A stretch of DNA of 63,694 nucleotides, the filler included, from Chrysochromulina tobinii (Eukaryota): the NCBI GenBank assembly GCA_001275005.1. It is 5 parts of 5 records of this genome, joined end to end, with 100 filler letters (N's around TTAATTAATTAA, not from the genome) between each part and the next. Parts side by side here need not be neighbours in the genome. Positions count along the whole stretch, not along the records: positions 43,137 to 52,056 come from JWZX01000983.1; positions 52,157 to 63,694 come from JWZX01000984.1; 3 more parts are not named here. One strand, 5' to 3'. Both the position numbers and the translations under genes were made by a program. Positions within the stretch are counted from its first letter, which is position 1. Each line of letters begins with the position of its first letter. Below the pieces are notes generated by a model. It worked only from the letters and a program-made list of their open reading frames with translations, ran no database searches and was not told the origin of the DNA. Shown here one piece after another: positions 51,547 to 62,140 of this stretch.

Positions 51547-51944
51547 TCATCGCGAGACGGGATCAGACTCAGAAGCTGCACGAAGGAGAGGAGATCGCGG
51601 GGAGATCGGAGGAGGAGCTGTGATCGAAGAGGGAGGCGGAGGAGATCGCGGGGAGATCGGAGGAGGAGCTGTGATCGGAGAGAAGAGGAGCGCGCTCACG
51701 ACGTCGCCATCAGTGGTCATCAGTGGTCATCAGTGGTCATCAGTGGGCATCAGTGGTCATCTGCGGCGGCTCACTCCACTCACTGTCAGATGCCTCGACC
51801 TCCTTGTAATCTCGATTGGCCTTGGGCACGGCACATGGCCATGTGCCCCCGAGAGACTCGCACAGCTCCTGTGGGGTTTGTGCGCTCGAGCCGTACAGGA
51901 AGATGGCGGCGATGACGAGTGCGCAACCGAAGCTAAAGATGGCC
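51547..51944 (-). CDS. 3' exons of a probable nucleotide-sugar transporter (SLC35-like); join(51784..51944,51547..51575); not in the ORF track
   Basis: AIFSFGCALVIAAIFLYG resembles the last TM of SLC35A transporters. Intron 51576..51783 has gtgagt...gtgcag ends and (ACCACTGATG)n repeats. Spliced end EVEASDTSESDPVSR*. Confidence 0.5.
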
Positions 51945-52056
51945 CTGAGCCATCGGGAGGGGCGGTGGGGTGTGGGCGGGCGGGGGGGCGCTTACAAGGT
52001 CACGAAGGGGGCGAAGGGGGGCGGAGGGGGAGTGGGGGGGGAGGGGGAAGCGGAGG

Positions 52057-52156
52057 NNNNNNNNNNNNNNNNNNNNNNNNNNNNNNNNNNNNNNNNNNNN
52101 TTAATTAATTAANNNNNNNNNNNNNNNNNNNNNNNNNNNNNNNNNNNNNNNNNNNN
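52057..52156. other. Artificial contig linker
   Basis: N44-TTAATTAATTAA-N44. Confidence 0.97.
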
Positions 52157-53661
52157 GAAGCCTTCCCGGGCCGGCCTGCGTGCCTTGTCACCCCGGGCGA
52201 AACCGCCACGCACCTCAATACCCACACGATCGAAAAGTTCATGGTCAAGGAAATTGCAAGGAAGGAGCGCTCTTGTGCAGGCACGTGCCGAACTCTGTTC
52301 AGGCTATTCCCGAGATACTGGAAAAACTACTCACATCACAATGGCAACTGCTATGGATTGTCTCCCACACGTGCGCCGCTGCCCGATGAGACGCCCCCAT
52401 TGGACTGCCCTCTCTGACCATGAACGAGAGAGCCGTGGCGGGAACGTATGCGCAGGTCAAGGCGGCGTGGAGGACGAAGGCGGTAAGTACTCGATTGGTG
52501 ACTCTGGCGAGGTGCGCTCGCGCAGAAAGATGAAGCACGGCGATATTGATCATGGCCGACCGCCGTCCGTGTGGTTGGCGGCCACGTCAATGGCGAGCAT
52601 CGACCCGAGGAAGATCGTGGGGGTGTGCGGGGCTCTGAGCGCGTTGATGAAGGAGTGGCCGCAAGTGAGGGCTGTTGTCAACTTGCACGATGGTCCTAGC
52701 GACGGCGAGCCACGGGGTGATCCCCGGCGCGGCATCAAATTAGCCGAAGAGTTTACGCTCGACAACAGGATCACGACAACATGGATCACGGCGCCGAAGG
52801 TGCGCTTCTGGATGGTGCTGCATCCCAGCACAGCGCTCATGAAGAACGTTGACTTCGTGTGGCTCTTCGACCCTCACATTGCCATCCACCCGACCCTCAA
52901 TCCGGTTGGGATGCTCAACTCTGTACTGAGAGCAACGGAGGCGCAGATCGTTTTTGCGGCGGATGTTGGCAATGCCCTTGAGCCGACAGCCACGCCGCCT
53001 CCAGCACGGTCTAAACGGGCTGGGCGGGAGGCAGCGGCTGCTGCTATGGCTGCTGCCACGGCTGCCGCCACGGCTACAGCCACGGCTACAGCCACTGCTG
53101 CCTCTGTGAGCCATCCACCTCACTGCATAGCCATCACGTCACGCCTCAAGGCCGCGGCACCCTCGGTTCTGTTTCGGACCTCGGCTTGGGCCCTCTTGCT
53201 AGATCGGTTGGAGAAGCCGCACCCATTGAAGCAGGTGGCGATGCCGAACACCACCGCGGCGGGCGTAGAGCTCCTCGAGCTCATCTGCCAGATGGTATCT
53301 CGCACGCAGAACAAACCGGCATGCGTCGAAGTGCGCTTGGCCATCCTATCACAGCCCCGGCGGTCGCCCCATCCCGTCCGCTCTGCCATCAACGCTCACG
53401 CTTGCTAGCACCCGTGCTCAGGTGTTTGCGCACCGGCTACTCCTCACCGACGCTCGGGCTTTCGAGTCCGAACTCAGGCTTGTCGAAAAGGCACGCGAAA
53501 GCCTTCCCCACGATCCGGCTGCTAAGGGCGGTGGCGGCGATGGTAGCTTCCAAACGAATCCCATGTGCTGGGAGATCACGTCCGACGGCAAGGGCATCGG
53601 CCTTGATCGGACTTCGCGCTTCGCGCTCAAGCAGGCAACTGGGTGGCGCGGGCACGCGTAG
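52157..53661 (+). CDS. 5'-truncated putative glycosyltransferase-like (DUF707-like) protein; join(52157..52370,52456..53330,53422..53661)
   Basis: GT-AG introns 52371-52455 and 53331-53421 join three frames. APKVRFW...VDFVWLFD motif. The PAC-x motif appears twice (RPACLV, KPACVE), suggesting tandem domains. Confidence 0.55.
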
Positions 53662-54129
53662 ATGTGATCGGCTGGTCATTTATCGACAAGCGCAACGCAC
53701 GAGCCTCACACGCTAGCACGCGGGGATACCAGTGTGGCTGTGCTCGGCTGCCTAACGCTGTTGCTGCCACGCTGCTTCGTCGCTCGCCGTCATCTAGCAC
53801 TCAGTGTCAAGGTCAGGGTTGTGGGGAGTTGACCCGAATGCGATTCCCAATGGTATTTCACAGTGAAATCTGAAGTGCTGAAGACCTCTGTCGTGTGTGG
53901 AAATTCATGATGTCACAGTTGGAATGCGCGAATCCCACTCCCAATGGTCTTTCACAGCCAATGTTTATAATTCGACACCCAAGACACCGGACCGGCGTAC
54001 ATACGGATGCGGTTAACACTAGCTCGGGGACCCCTGGACCCCCTATTATCACAGCCATACTCGATCAGCCGCCGGGCCGGGCCGCTTCACAGCGAAATCT
54101 GAAGTGAAGGTACATTATTGTGGAAATTC

Positions 54130-56520
54130 ATGTCTCTGTGTCTATTCTTGCTTGCGGTCTCTGCCGCGGCGTTCTCGGCCGAACGCGAAGCGGGCCGCGC
54201 GATTGCGCGCCATGCGAGCGATGGTCAGTGGCGAAAGGCACTCCAGCTGCTGCGCACGCTTCCCGATCGCGGCGTGACAGTGAATGTGATCCATTATAAT
54301 GCAGTCATCAAGGCATGCAGCCGAAGTGGGCAGTGGAAACTGGCGATTGCACTTCTCCGCGAGATGACGGGGTCAATCAAAGACAGCCCAACTGCCGCCC
54401 CCGCGGCAGATGCATGGTCGTTTTCGACGGCAATCTCTGCATTGTCAGCGGCGCCTCAAGAAGTCGGCTGGCAGACATGTTTGGAGCTCCTCGAGCAGAT
54501 GCCTGAGGCATCGACTGCCGCACACAATGCTGCACTGCGCCTTGCAGGCCGTGACGGCACCGCCGACGGAGCCCGCCGCACGCTGCAGATGCTGCGAAAG
54601 ATGGCCGCCAACGGCCCACCACCAGATCTGCTGTCATTCAATCTTGTAATCAACGCCTTCAAGGCGCGTGGCGAATGGAAGCCAGCATTGGAACTGCTCG
54701 CCGAGCTCGAGATACACGCGTCGCTCCGCCCCGATGTCGTGAGCTACTCGAGCGCCATTGCCGCCATCGCACCGACGGGTAATTGGCGGGAGGCGTGCCG
54801 GCTGCTTGACCGGATGCGTGCGGCAAATGTGCCCCCAAACGAGTTCTCGTACGGCGCGGCGATCTCAGCTTGCGACGCAGGGGGTGAGTGGGTGCGGGCT
54901 GTGGCGCTGCTTAGGGAGTTGGAGCGGACCCACGCACCCAGTCTGGTGGCCTACACTTCAGCCATCTCCGCGTGCGCCAAGGATGGAGCCTGGCAACAAG
55001 CTCTGCGCCTGCTCGTGCGGATGCCACTGATCGGCCTTCAGCCAAATGTCATCCAATTCAATGCGGCCATCTCGGCGTGTGCGAAAGCTAAGGAGTGGCG
55101 GCCGGCGCTCGCCCTGCTCAAGCGAATGCGCGGAGAGGCGAACGCGAACGACAAGGGGCAGCCACGGCAGCGACGCCGGCGACGACTGTATCCATCTCCT
55201 AACGTGGTCAGTTACAATGCGGCCATCTCCGCCTGTGCTCGTGGAGGCGTGTGGCGCGAAGCCCTGGCCCTCTTGCGCCAGATGCGCACAGATGGTCTGG
55301 CGCCCGATATGGTCAGCTACAGCACGGCACTTGACGCATTAGCGAGAGGTGCGCAGGGTCGTGCAGCGCTCGGAATCATCACCGGCATGCGGCAAAAAGG
55401 CATCGAGCCGGATGCGATTGCCTTGTGCGCAGCTTGCAGGGCATGCGAGGCAGCTGGCGAGTGGCGCGGCGCATTGCTAGTCCTTCGGCCGGCCCTTCAG
55501 GCAGAACCCGTGTTTCAGGCACTGCCCGAGACGCGCACGGCCAAGGGCGCTCCTCCACAGGGTCCTCGACAGGGCGGAGCGCTGCCGAGGAGAGCCACAG
55601 CCGTTGGAGCTGTGAATATTCACAGAGCCACAGCCATTGGAGCTGGCACAGCCTCGGGTGGGAATGCGGATGTGGCCTCAGACGAGGAGTTGGCGCCGGC
55701 CTTTGCTGCCGCCTGTCGTGCCTGTGCCCGCGCGGGCGAGGGGCGGGTGGCTCGGATGCTGGCGGATGTCGCCGAAGCTCGAATGGGCAGGCCGCTACCG
55801 TCCGCTGTGCTCGCATTGGTTGACGCGGCGGAGGCGGCACCACACACAGCTGCTTTACGGACAGAAGCGGAGATAGCCCCGGCGGCGCCGGCGGTGGTAG
55901 CGGTGGTAGCGGCAGCAGCAGCGGCTGTGGAGACTGCTGCAGACATGCAAACGCAGGCGACGCCTGGGGTTCGTGCTGCCAAATCTACTGCACCCCAACA
56001 GGGCGTCCGGCCGACGCACGCCTCCGCCCGAGCCAACTTCGTCCTCGAAGGTGCCCAGGTCTCTTGCACCCATGGCGAGAACGCGTCCTCTGCCGTGGAC
56101 GTCTTTCTGACGCGCGATGCGAACGGGAGCATCGCTGGCACGGTGGACATTGCACGCGAAGCTCGGGTGCTCGTGCATGCCTTGCAGCGCCGGGCAGGTT
56201 ACGTACCTGTGCTCACGGCGGCGCCGGAGCGCTCAGGGCGCGGAGAGCGTCTGAGCTCTGCGCGGCGGCGGCGGATCCTCTCGCAGCACGCGGAGAAAAA
56301 GGCGCTGGCGGCTCAGCTTCGGATGGGATACCCTGCGCCGCGGCTTGAGCTCTCGCATCGGATGTGTGCCGACTGCCACGCCTTCTTCCGAGCAGCGGCC
56401 GTGGACTCGCAGAGGCCCATCGTTTGCATCGATGCGCGCGTGCGGCACGAATTTGGCGTCGATGGTCGCTGCTCGTGTGAGACGCCGACGCGCGGAAGAG
56501 TGGCCACGACGACATCGTGA
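54130..56520 (+). CDS. PPR protein (~12 P-type repeats) with C-terminal DYW-like cytidine deaminase domain, probably plastid-targeted
   Basis: Repeats such as PNVVSYNAAISACARGGVWREALALLRQM. GYVP (56197), HAEKKA (56287), RMCADCH (56359-56379), RHEF...GRCSC (to 56478). Leader MSLCLFLLAVSAAAF. Confidence 0.9.
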   Translation: MSLCLFLLAVSAAAFSAEREAGRAIARHASDGQWRKALQLLRTLPDRGVTVNVIHYNAVIKACSRSGQWKLAIALLREMTGSIKDSPTAAPAADAWSFSTAISALSAAPQEVGWQTCLELLEQMPEASTAAHNAALRLAGRDGTADGARRTLQMLRKMAANGPPPDLLSFNLVINAFKARGEWKPALELLAELEIHASLRPDVVSYSSAIAAIAPTGNWREACRLLDRMRAANVPPNEFSYGAAISACDAGGEWVRAVALLRELERTHAPSLVAYTSAISACAKDGAWQQALRLLVRMPLIGLQPNVIQFNAAISACAKAKEWRPALALLKRMRGEANANDKGQPRQRRRRRLYPSPNVVSYNAAISACARGGVWREALALLRQMRTDGLAPDMVSYSTALDALARGAQGRAALGIITGMRQKGIEPDAIALCAACRACEAAGEWRGALLVLRPALQAEPVFQALPETRTAKGAPPQGPRQGGALPRRATAVGAVNIHRATAIGAGTASGGNADVASDEELAPAFAAACRACARAGEGRVARMLADVAEARMGRPLPSAVLALVDAAEAAPHTAALRTEAEIAPAAPAVVAVVAAAAAAVETAADMQTQATPGVRAAKSTAPQQGVRPTHASARANFVLEGAQVSCTHGENASSAVDVFLTRDANGSIAGTVDIAREARVLVHALQRRAGYVPVLTAAPERSGRGERLSSARRRRILSQHAEKKALAAQLRMGYPAPRLELSHRMCADCHAFFRAAAVDSQRPIVCIDARVRHEFGVDGRCSCETPTRGRVATTTS

Positions 56521-56996
56521 TCGTGAGAGACGTGACACATGATGCTTGTCGACGCGCCAGGCCTTACCTGCTCTCGAGTCTGCAGTCTCGACGGCGGCGC
56601 CGCCGTGCGCCACTTCTGGAGCGTGTGGATATGGATTTTTACCTATAGTAAACCCGATAGCGTAAAGCGTAGGAGCGGTATACGCGGCGGTCCCTACGTG
56701 GCCCGCGTTACCTCAAAGCTTTTGTGGATTTGGATCGGACGTCGGATCGGATGTGCACGGTTAATATTGCAAGTACCGCTATTTCGACTGCATTCGCGCA
56801 GCGGACTAGCGCACAGCTGCACACCGCGGCCGATCATGCTTCGTCGCGGGTTGGGAGAACGTGTGTGGTTGATCTCGGATCCAACCAGCAGAAAATCCCG
56901 CGCGCCGCAGGGTGTAAAGCCGGCTCTCAGCCGGGCCGGTGCGAAAAGCCGGGTCGAAGCCGACCGGGGTCCGGCCACACATCGTGCATCGACATC

Positions 56997-58313
56997 TCAA
57001 GGTGCTGCACGCACCACTGGTGGAAGCTTGATGATCACCTTGCTGCGAGTCCGGCGCCAGTCCTGCCCGTGCATAGGCGCCCACCATTGGCTAGCTCGCT
57101 CATTAATGTCCAAACGTTGCGGCGGAAACGTGCTCAGATACGCGAACGGGTTGGCACGCAGCGTCGACTTGAGAGCGTAGTTCGAGGACGTGAGACCGTG
57201 GCCAACCGTGCTGCTCTGTCCAAGCTCGCCCAGCGGCGTCAGCGTGGTTTGCGACTGCGATGCAGCCAAGTGAGAACGGAACGACGCCCGCGTCGGCCCT
57301 GGCGGCATCAACTGGTGCAACCGCAGCGGCTCGCTCGCCACACGACGCAGGCGTGAAGGACGCATGCGCTGCCGCAGCAACTTGTTGAGCTCCTTGTACT
57401 CAATGGTGCCGCCGCCGTCGAGGTCGAACTCCTCGAAGAGCGCCTCAGCCTCGACACGCGTGGCTTCAACGCCCAATGCCGTGATGCCCTTGAAGAATTC
57501 GTCCTTGTCAATCAGGCCATTGTGATCCTCATCCCAATCCCGGAACAGATCAATGACGCGCACCATATTGGCTGCCAGCACTTCGCGGAGCTGCTCAGCA
57601 ATCGGTTTCTCGCTCTCGCGGTCGAGCTTGACCGTGTTGGACAGCGCCGCGCCGGTGCGCTCGCGGATCGTTTCGTCGAGGCGTCGCAGTTCATGTTTCT
57701 GCTCTACGATAACGCCTGCAAACTTGCGTAGCCTCTTCTCTATCTCGAAGCGCGAAATGGAGCCACTGCGGTCCTCGTCGAACTCTCGAAAGATCTGGTC
57801 GATCTGCTGAACCGGCACGTCCGAGAATCCGAGCGTGAGGATCGCACGCCTGAACTCTTTCTCGTCGACCGTCCCATTGCCATCTTCGTCCCATCGCTGA
57901 AAGATCTCTGAGATCTTCGTGACCGAACGAGCGAGTGCGTCACGCATGGAAAAACGGAGGTACTCATGCTTCTCAATGCGTCCCGAACCAGTGACGTCAA
58001 GAAGTCGGAAGCGTTTACGAAGCTCATCCACGGTGTGTTCGCCGGTCTCACGGCTGCGGACCAGCGCACAGAATTCCCTGAAGTTCAAGCCCACGGCGTC
58101 TGGGTCGGCGGCAATATTCCCGATGAAAATGTCCTCATTGTGTTTTTCAAGAGCTGCATCGTACTCGGCCGCGTTTTGGCGCATCGCTGTCCTGAAGGTC
58201 TCTTGACGCTTGAGGGCACGCCGCTGCGGCGGGGGCGGCAGAGGGGGCGGCGGCGAACCGCCCGCGTCCATGAACTCGCCTACAGGCTCCTGCGCCGCGA
58301 ACCCCACTGTCAT
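56997..58313 (-). CDS. Multi-EF-hand calcium-binding protein
   Basis: Loops DVTGSGRIEKHE, DEDGNGTVDEKE, DEDRSGSISRFE, DEDHNGLIDKDE, DLDGGGTIEYKE. Confidence 0.92.
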   Translation of the reverse strand: MTVGFAAQEPVGEFMDAGGSPPPPLPPPPQRRALKRQETFRTAMRQNAAEYDAALEKHNEDIFIGNIAADPDAVGLNFREFCALVRSRETGEHTVDELRKRFRLLDVTGSGRIEKHEYLRFSMRDALARSVTKISEIFQRWDEDGNGTVDEKEFRRAILTLGFSDVPVQQIDQIFREFDEDRSGSISRFEIEKRLRKFAGVIVEQKHELRRLDETIRERTGAALSNTVKLDRESEKPIAEQLREVLAANMVRVIDLFRDWDEDHNGLIDKDEFFKGITALGVEATRVEAEALFEEFDLDGGGTIEYKELNKLLRQRMRPSRLRRVASEPLRLHQLMPPGPTRASFRSHLAASQSQTTLTPLGELGQSSTVGHGLTSSNYALKSTLRANPFAYLSTFPPQRLDINERASQWWAPMHGQDWRRTRSKVIIKLPPVVRAAP

Positions 58314-58566
58314 GATGCCCCCTGACTCGCGCGCGGTGCGAAAGAGAAACGTAAAACTCGTCGAGAAAAAGTTCCTGAAACCGTCACAATCGGGTGGCGG
58401 GTCGCTCTATCTATTACATCTGGAACCGCAACGGTCAGGGAAGGTCCTTCCCGGAGCATTCACGGAGCAGCTTTTTGGACACTCCTCTCATGTGTTTGTG
58501 TGATTTCTTTTAATGTGTGCATGTGTGAATGTGTGAATGTGAATTGGTGCTTGCTCTTCGATCAGC

Positions 58567-59286
58567 ATGATTGCCGACGGCATCGGAGGCCTCGGCTCTA
58601 ATGGCTGCTGGCACCACGAGCTTAGCTACGCGTCGCTCGCTTCGACAGACTCTGGCTACACGCAGCAGCCATGGCTACCTGATGAATTGGTGACCAATTG
58701 CATGCTCTGCCAGCAACCATTCGGCATGTGGCGGTGGTCGCATCACTGCCGAGACTGTGGCGGGTGCTTCTGCCGAGACTGTACTCGACACCGTGTCGAA
58801 AGTCTCAGTAAAGACGGGCCGGCCACGCTGCGCTTATGCGATCGCTGTGCCTTCTCGAGTGCTCATCCAGAGCACCTCGGCTGCGAGTGCGCGCCACCTA
58901 CCACACTCTGCATGCTAACTCCTCGCATTACATGGTCCTCTCACACGCTGCCCAATGCTCATAGGCGCCCGCTGCAATGCTCGCGGTGCTCGTTTCCTCG
59001 AACCGAGCGGCAACTATGCGTCTACGTGCTTCTGGTCTTACGAGTCGCCGCCTGTGGCTTCTGTGCGCCCTGCGCCACGTCCAGCTGCCTAGGCACACCC
59101 GCTGCCACGCCGCATGCCCCCCCACCGCCGACCGTATCCACAGCGCCATCCGTATTGCAAGCTTCGTATGCTTTCACGGCGGCACCGGCCAAGTACAATC
59201 CTCCGACACAATGGAGCGGAACTGGCATGAGGGGCAGCATGCCTGGTGCTGCGGGTATTGGTGCTCGTGCTTGTGCTGTTGACTAG
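58567..59286 (+). CDS. FYVE zinc-finger protein; possible in-frame intron 58887..58964
   Basis: WLPD...CMLC...HHCRDCGGCFCRDC...RLCDRC. Confidence 0.8.
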   Translation: MIADGIGGLGSNGCWHHELSYASLASTDSGYTQQPWLPDELVTNCMLCQQPFGMWRWSHHCRDCGGCFCRDCTRHRVESLSKDGPATLRLCDRCAFSSAHPEHLGCECAPPTTLCMLTPRITWSSHTLPNAHRRPLQCSRCSFPRTERQLCVYVLLVLRVAACGFCAPCATSSCLGTPAATPHAPPPPTVSTAPSVLQASYAFTAAPAKYNPPTQWSGTGMRGSMPGAAGIGARACAVD

Positions 59287-59661
59287 TCATGCGGTTGTGC
59301 GTCGACGTTGTGGAGCTTGCAGCTTGAGCGGCGCATGCAGCGTTGTGTAAGCGTTGTGGCGACAACAGAGGTCGCGTATGTCGCACACCGCCGCAGGGGA
59401 GTCGTGCTGATAGTGTAGTTAATCGGAGGCTGAAGACACTATTTGATCTGTGCGCGCCCGCGCCCCGCGCGCGCCGATACCGCGCGACACGATCGCCGAG
59501 GTGACGTGGCGACGTCCGACGCGCGACGGCTGCTCGCGTCACAGCCGTCCGGTCTCGCACGCACTTGAACACGGTGGGCTCGTGGGTACCGGGTACCGGA
59601 TACCGCATCTCACCGCCGCACGTGGCGGAGACCGCGCGGAGAGCGTTGATGTATCGGACTT

Positions 59662-61898
59662 TCATTCACCATCGGGGTCTATTGCATCGCGCTTTTGCCG
59701 CTTGGCTGCACGCTCCGCCATCAGCTTCTCAATCTGCACGAGCTCGCGCTCCATCTTAGCCTCCCTCTTGAGCGCCTCGACGTCAACGCCGCCGCGCTTA
59801 CCGCCGCCGCCAGCCTTACCCCGATTATCGTCGCCGTCGGCGGTCTCGTCGGGTGATTGGGAGCGCACGATGCCAAGCTCATCATCGGCGTCAGGGCCAT
59901 GTAACCCGAGATTGTGCCTGGGTGCAAGTAGAGGTCAAGGGAAGAGTCAGGAAAGCGAATCAGAGCAGCGGACGCATGCAGTCAAGAGGATGAACGTGGG
60001 GCGCGGGATCAATATCGCCAGTAGCCCACGCACCCTTCATAAGTATCGGGGAAGCACTCGCCATATGAATCGTCCATCATGGCGGCCGACATCTTGAGGT
60101 CTTTGGATAGGCTCGGAGGAGGCTGTGCCCCGGCTTTCTTGGCCGCTGACATGCGCAGTATTGCCATGTCATCCAACTCGTCGTCCTCCCCCATGACAGC
60201 CCCCCATGCCGCCTCGCCGACTGCACGTATGCGAGCACTGGCACAGGCAGTGCCGGCGATGGTCGAGGATGCAGCGGCAGCGGAGAGGGGGGGATGGCCG
60301 ATGGATGCACTCCCCGAGGCCATCACGCTTCGCAGTAGTGCATCAGCCGCATCACCAGCCGCATCACCAGGGGCATCGTCATCGACATCGTCTTGCTCCC
60401 GTTCGCTCCCACCTGCAGGGGCGCCGATGGCCAGGGCGGCAGGCGCTGCGGCGGCAGCAGCCTCGCGAAGCACTGCCGCATCCGTCACCTCCCTGGCGGC
60501 TCGGCGCAGCTGTTCGGCACTCGGCTCGCACACGTAGTCCGAGCCCACGCCCTCGCCGAAGATGTCATCCACGTCATCCTCGACGGGCGGCTTCAAGGGC
60601 GCTCTACCAACCGGAGCCGCCGTCTGCGCCGAAGCCGCCGACGCGGCCGGCTCGATCGTCGGAGCGCCCCTGGGCGCAGCGCCGCCAGCCGATGCGGCGC
60701 CCCATCGATCGGCTCTGGCCGTAGCGGCGGCAGGGGTGGCGGAGGCGCTGGCAGTGGGAGCGGCGGTGGCGGCATCGGTCGGCGCGATGGCAGGTAGCGG
60801 GCGCATCGTCAGCAGCGTCCCCGTTTCCCACGAGGAACCCGCCTTCTCCTTCTCCTTCTTCTCGTGCTTCTGCCGTTCACGGTCGCTACAGCCCCAGCCA
60901 CTGCCGCCGTACGTCATGATCTTGGTGAGGCGCGACAGGAGGGCGGTAGACAGCGCCGCGTCATGCAGCACGGCGCCCCGAGGCCGAACCACCGAGAGGT
61001 CATCGGTCGAGCGAATGAGTACTGAGGGCTCATCAGCCGAGGCCAGCGCGGCTACCAAGCCCAACAAGGTGGCGGGAGCCTCGGCGGCGATCTCGTACAC
61101 GTAGACGAGGCGACCCTCCGTCAGGGCGCGGTTGGGGCGGGCGCGTTGGGCGGCGCCGCTATCGGCCAGCAGTGCGCTATAGAGTTCGCGCACCATCTCA
61201 CTCCGGAAGGTCAGCGTGCTGGCGTCTGCAGCGGCGGCGGGACGCACAGTGGCAGAGGCAGACGTGGCGGCGGCCTTGTATGAAGACGGGAGCGGGGGGG
61301 GGGGCATCGCAGCAGTGCCGATTGGCCGGCTCGCAGCTGCCGATCTGTTTCGCCCCACTGCCTTTGGGGCAGCCACCTTCTCCGCAGCCGCCTTGCGCTC
61401 AGCAGCCACCGATGCCTCCGAGGCGCTCAGGTCGGCGCGTGTCTTCTGGAGCAGCGCAAAGTCGAGCCCTTTGACAAGGTGCGTGTGCTCAATGTCGCCA
61501 CCGAGGTACTTGCTTTGCGCGATGGTCACTCGGTGCTGCTGCTGTACGAGATCTTCGCGACCACCCAGCTGAGCAACGGTCGGCACTGTCGAGAGCGACG
61601 CTGCATCAGGTATTTCATCATCGTAAAGGCTGTCGATGAAGGCAGCCGGCGCCACGCCTTCCTCCTTGGCCTGCCGGCTCTCTTCCTTGCGACGCTGAGC
61701 CGCCCGGTCAGTGTAGCGATTGGCCTCCGCGAGGGCCTCCTGCCGTCTCTTTTCGATGGCCATGCGCCGCTCGTGCGAGGCCTGCTGCTTGGCCTTGCGA
61801 CGGGCCCGCTCCTCTGCCGTCATCTCGGCGGGCGCGGCAGCCGATGCCTTCTCCACGCGCGGCGTCGCGAGCAGAGCACGGAACTTGGAGTTGTCCAT
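59662..61898 (-). CDS. IK: RED/IK-family splicing factor; join(60034..61898,59662..59917)
   Basis: NSKFRALLATPR, YTDRAAQRR and SKYLGGDIEHTHLVKGLDFALLQK (RED_N); DSYGECFP. Intron 59918..60033 joins in frame to KREAKMERELVQIEKLM. Confidence 0.9.
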
Positions 61899-62140
61899 GG
61901 TACTAAAATATCAGCGTAGCCGCCTGCTCTCGAGAGGAGCGTGACGGGGATGGGACAAGCGCCCACTTGACGATCAGAAGATTTGTCCTAATTTGTGCGT
62001 GAAATCCGCCGGCGTGAAAGAGCGCTTTGACAAAGAGATCCTTTCCAGGTGTGCTTCATACTGGGCCTCACAGGGCGACTATCATGCGCGAGATCAACGA
62101 ACCCCCTCTGTAAGGTGTAAGCACACGGACATCGCAGCAC

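Noticed and set aside
17952..52156. Recurrent TTAATTAATTAA palindrome inside N runs (four times)
   Set aside because: It is an identical 100-nt artificial scaffold linker, not biological. It also invalidates ORF ends and adjacency across it.
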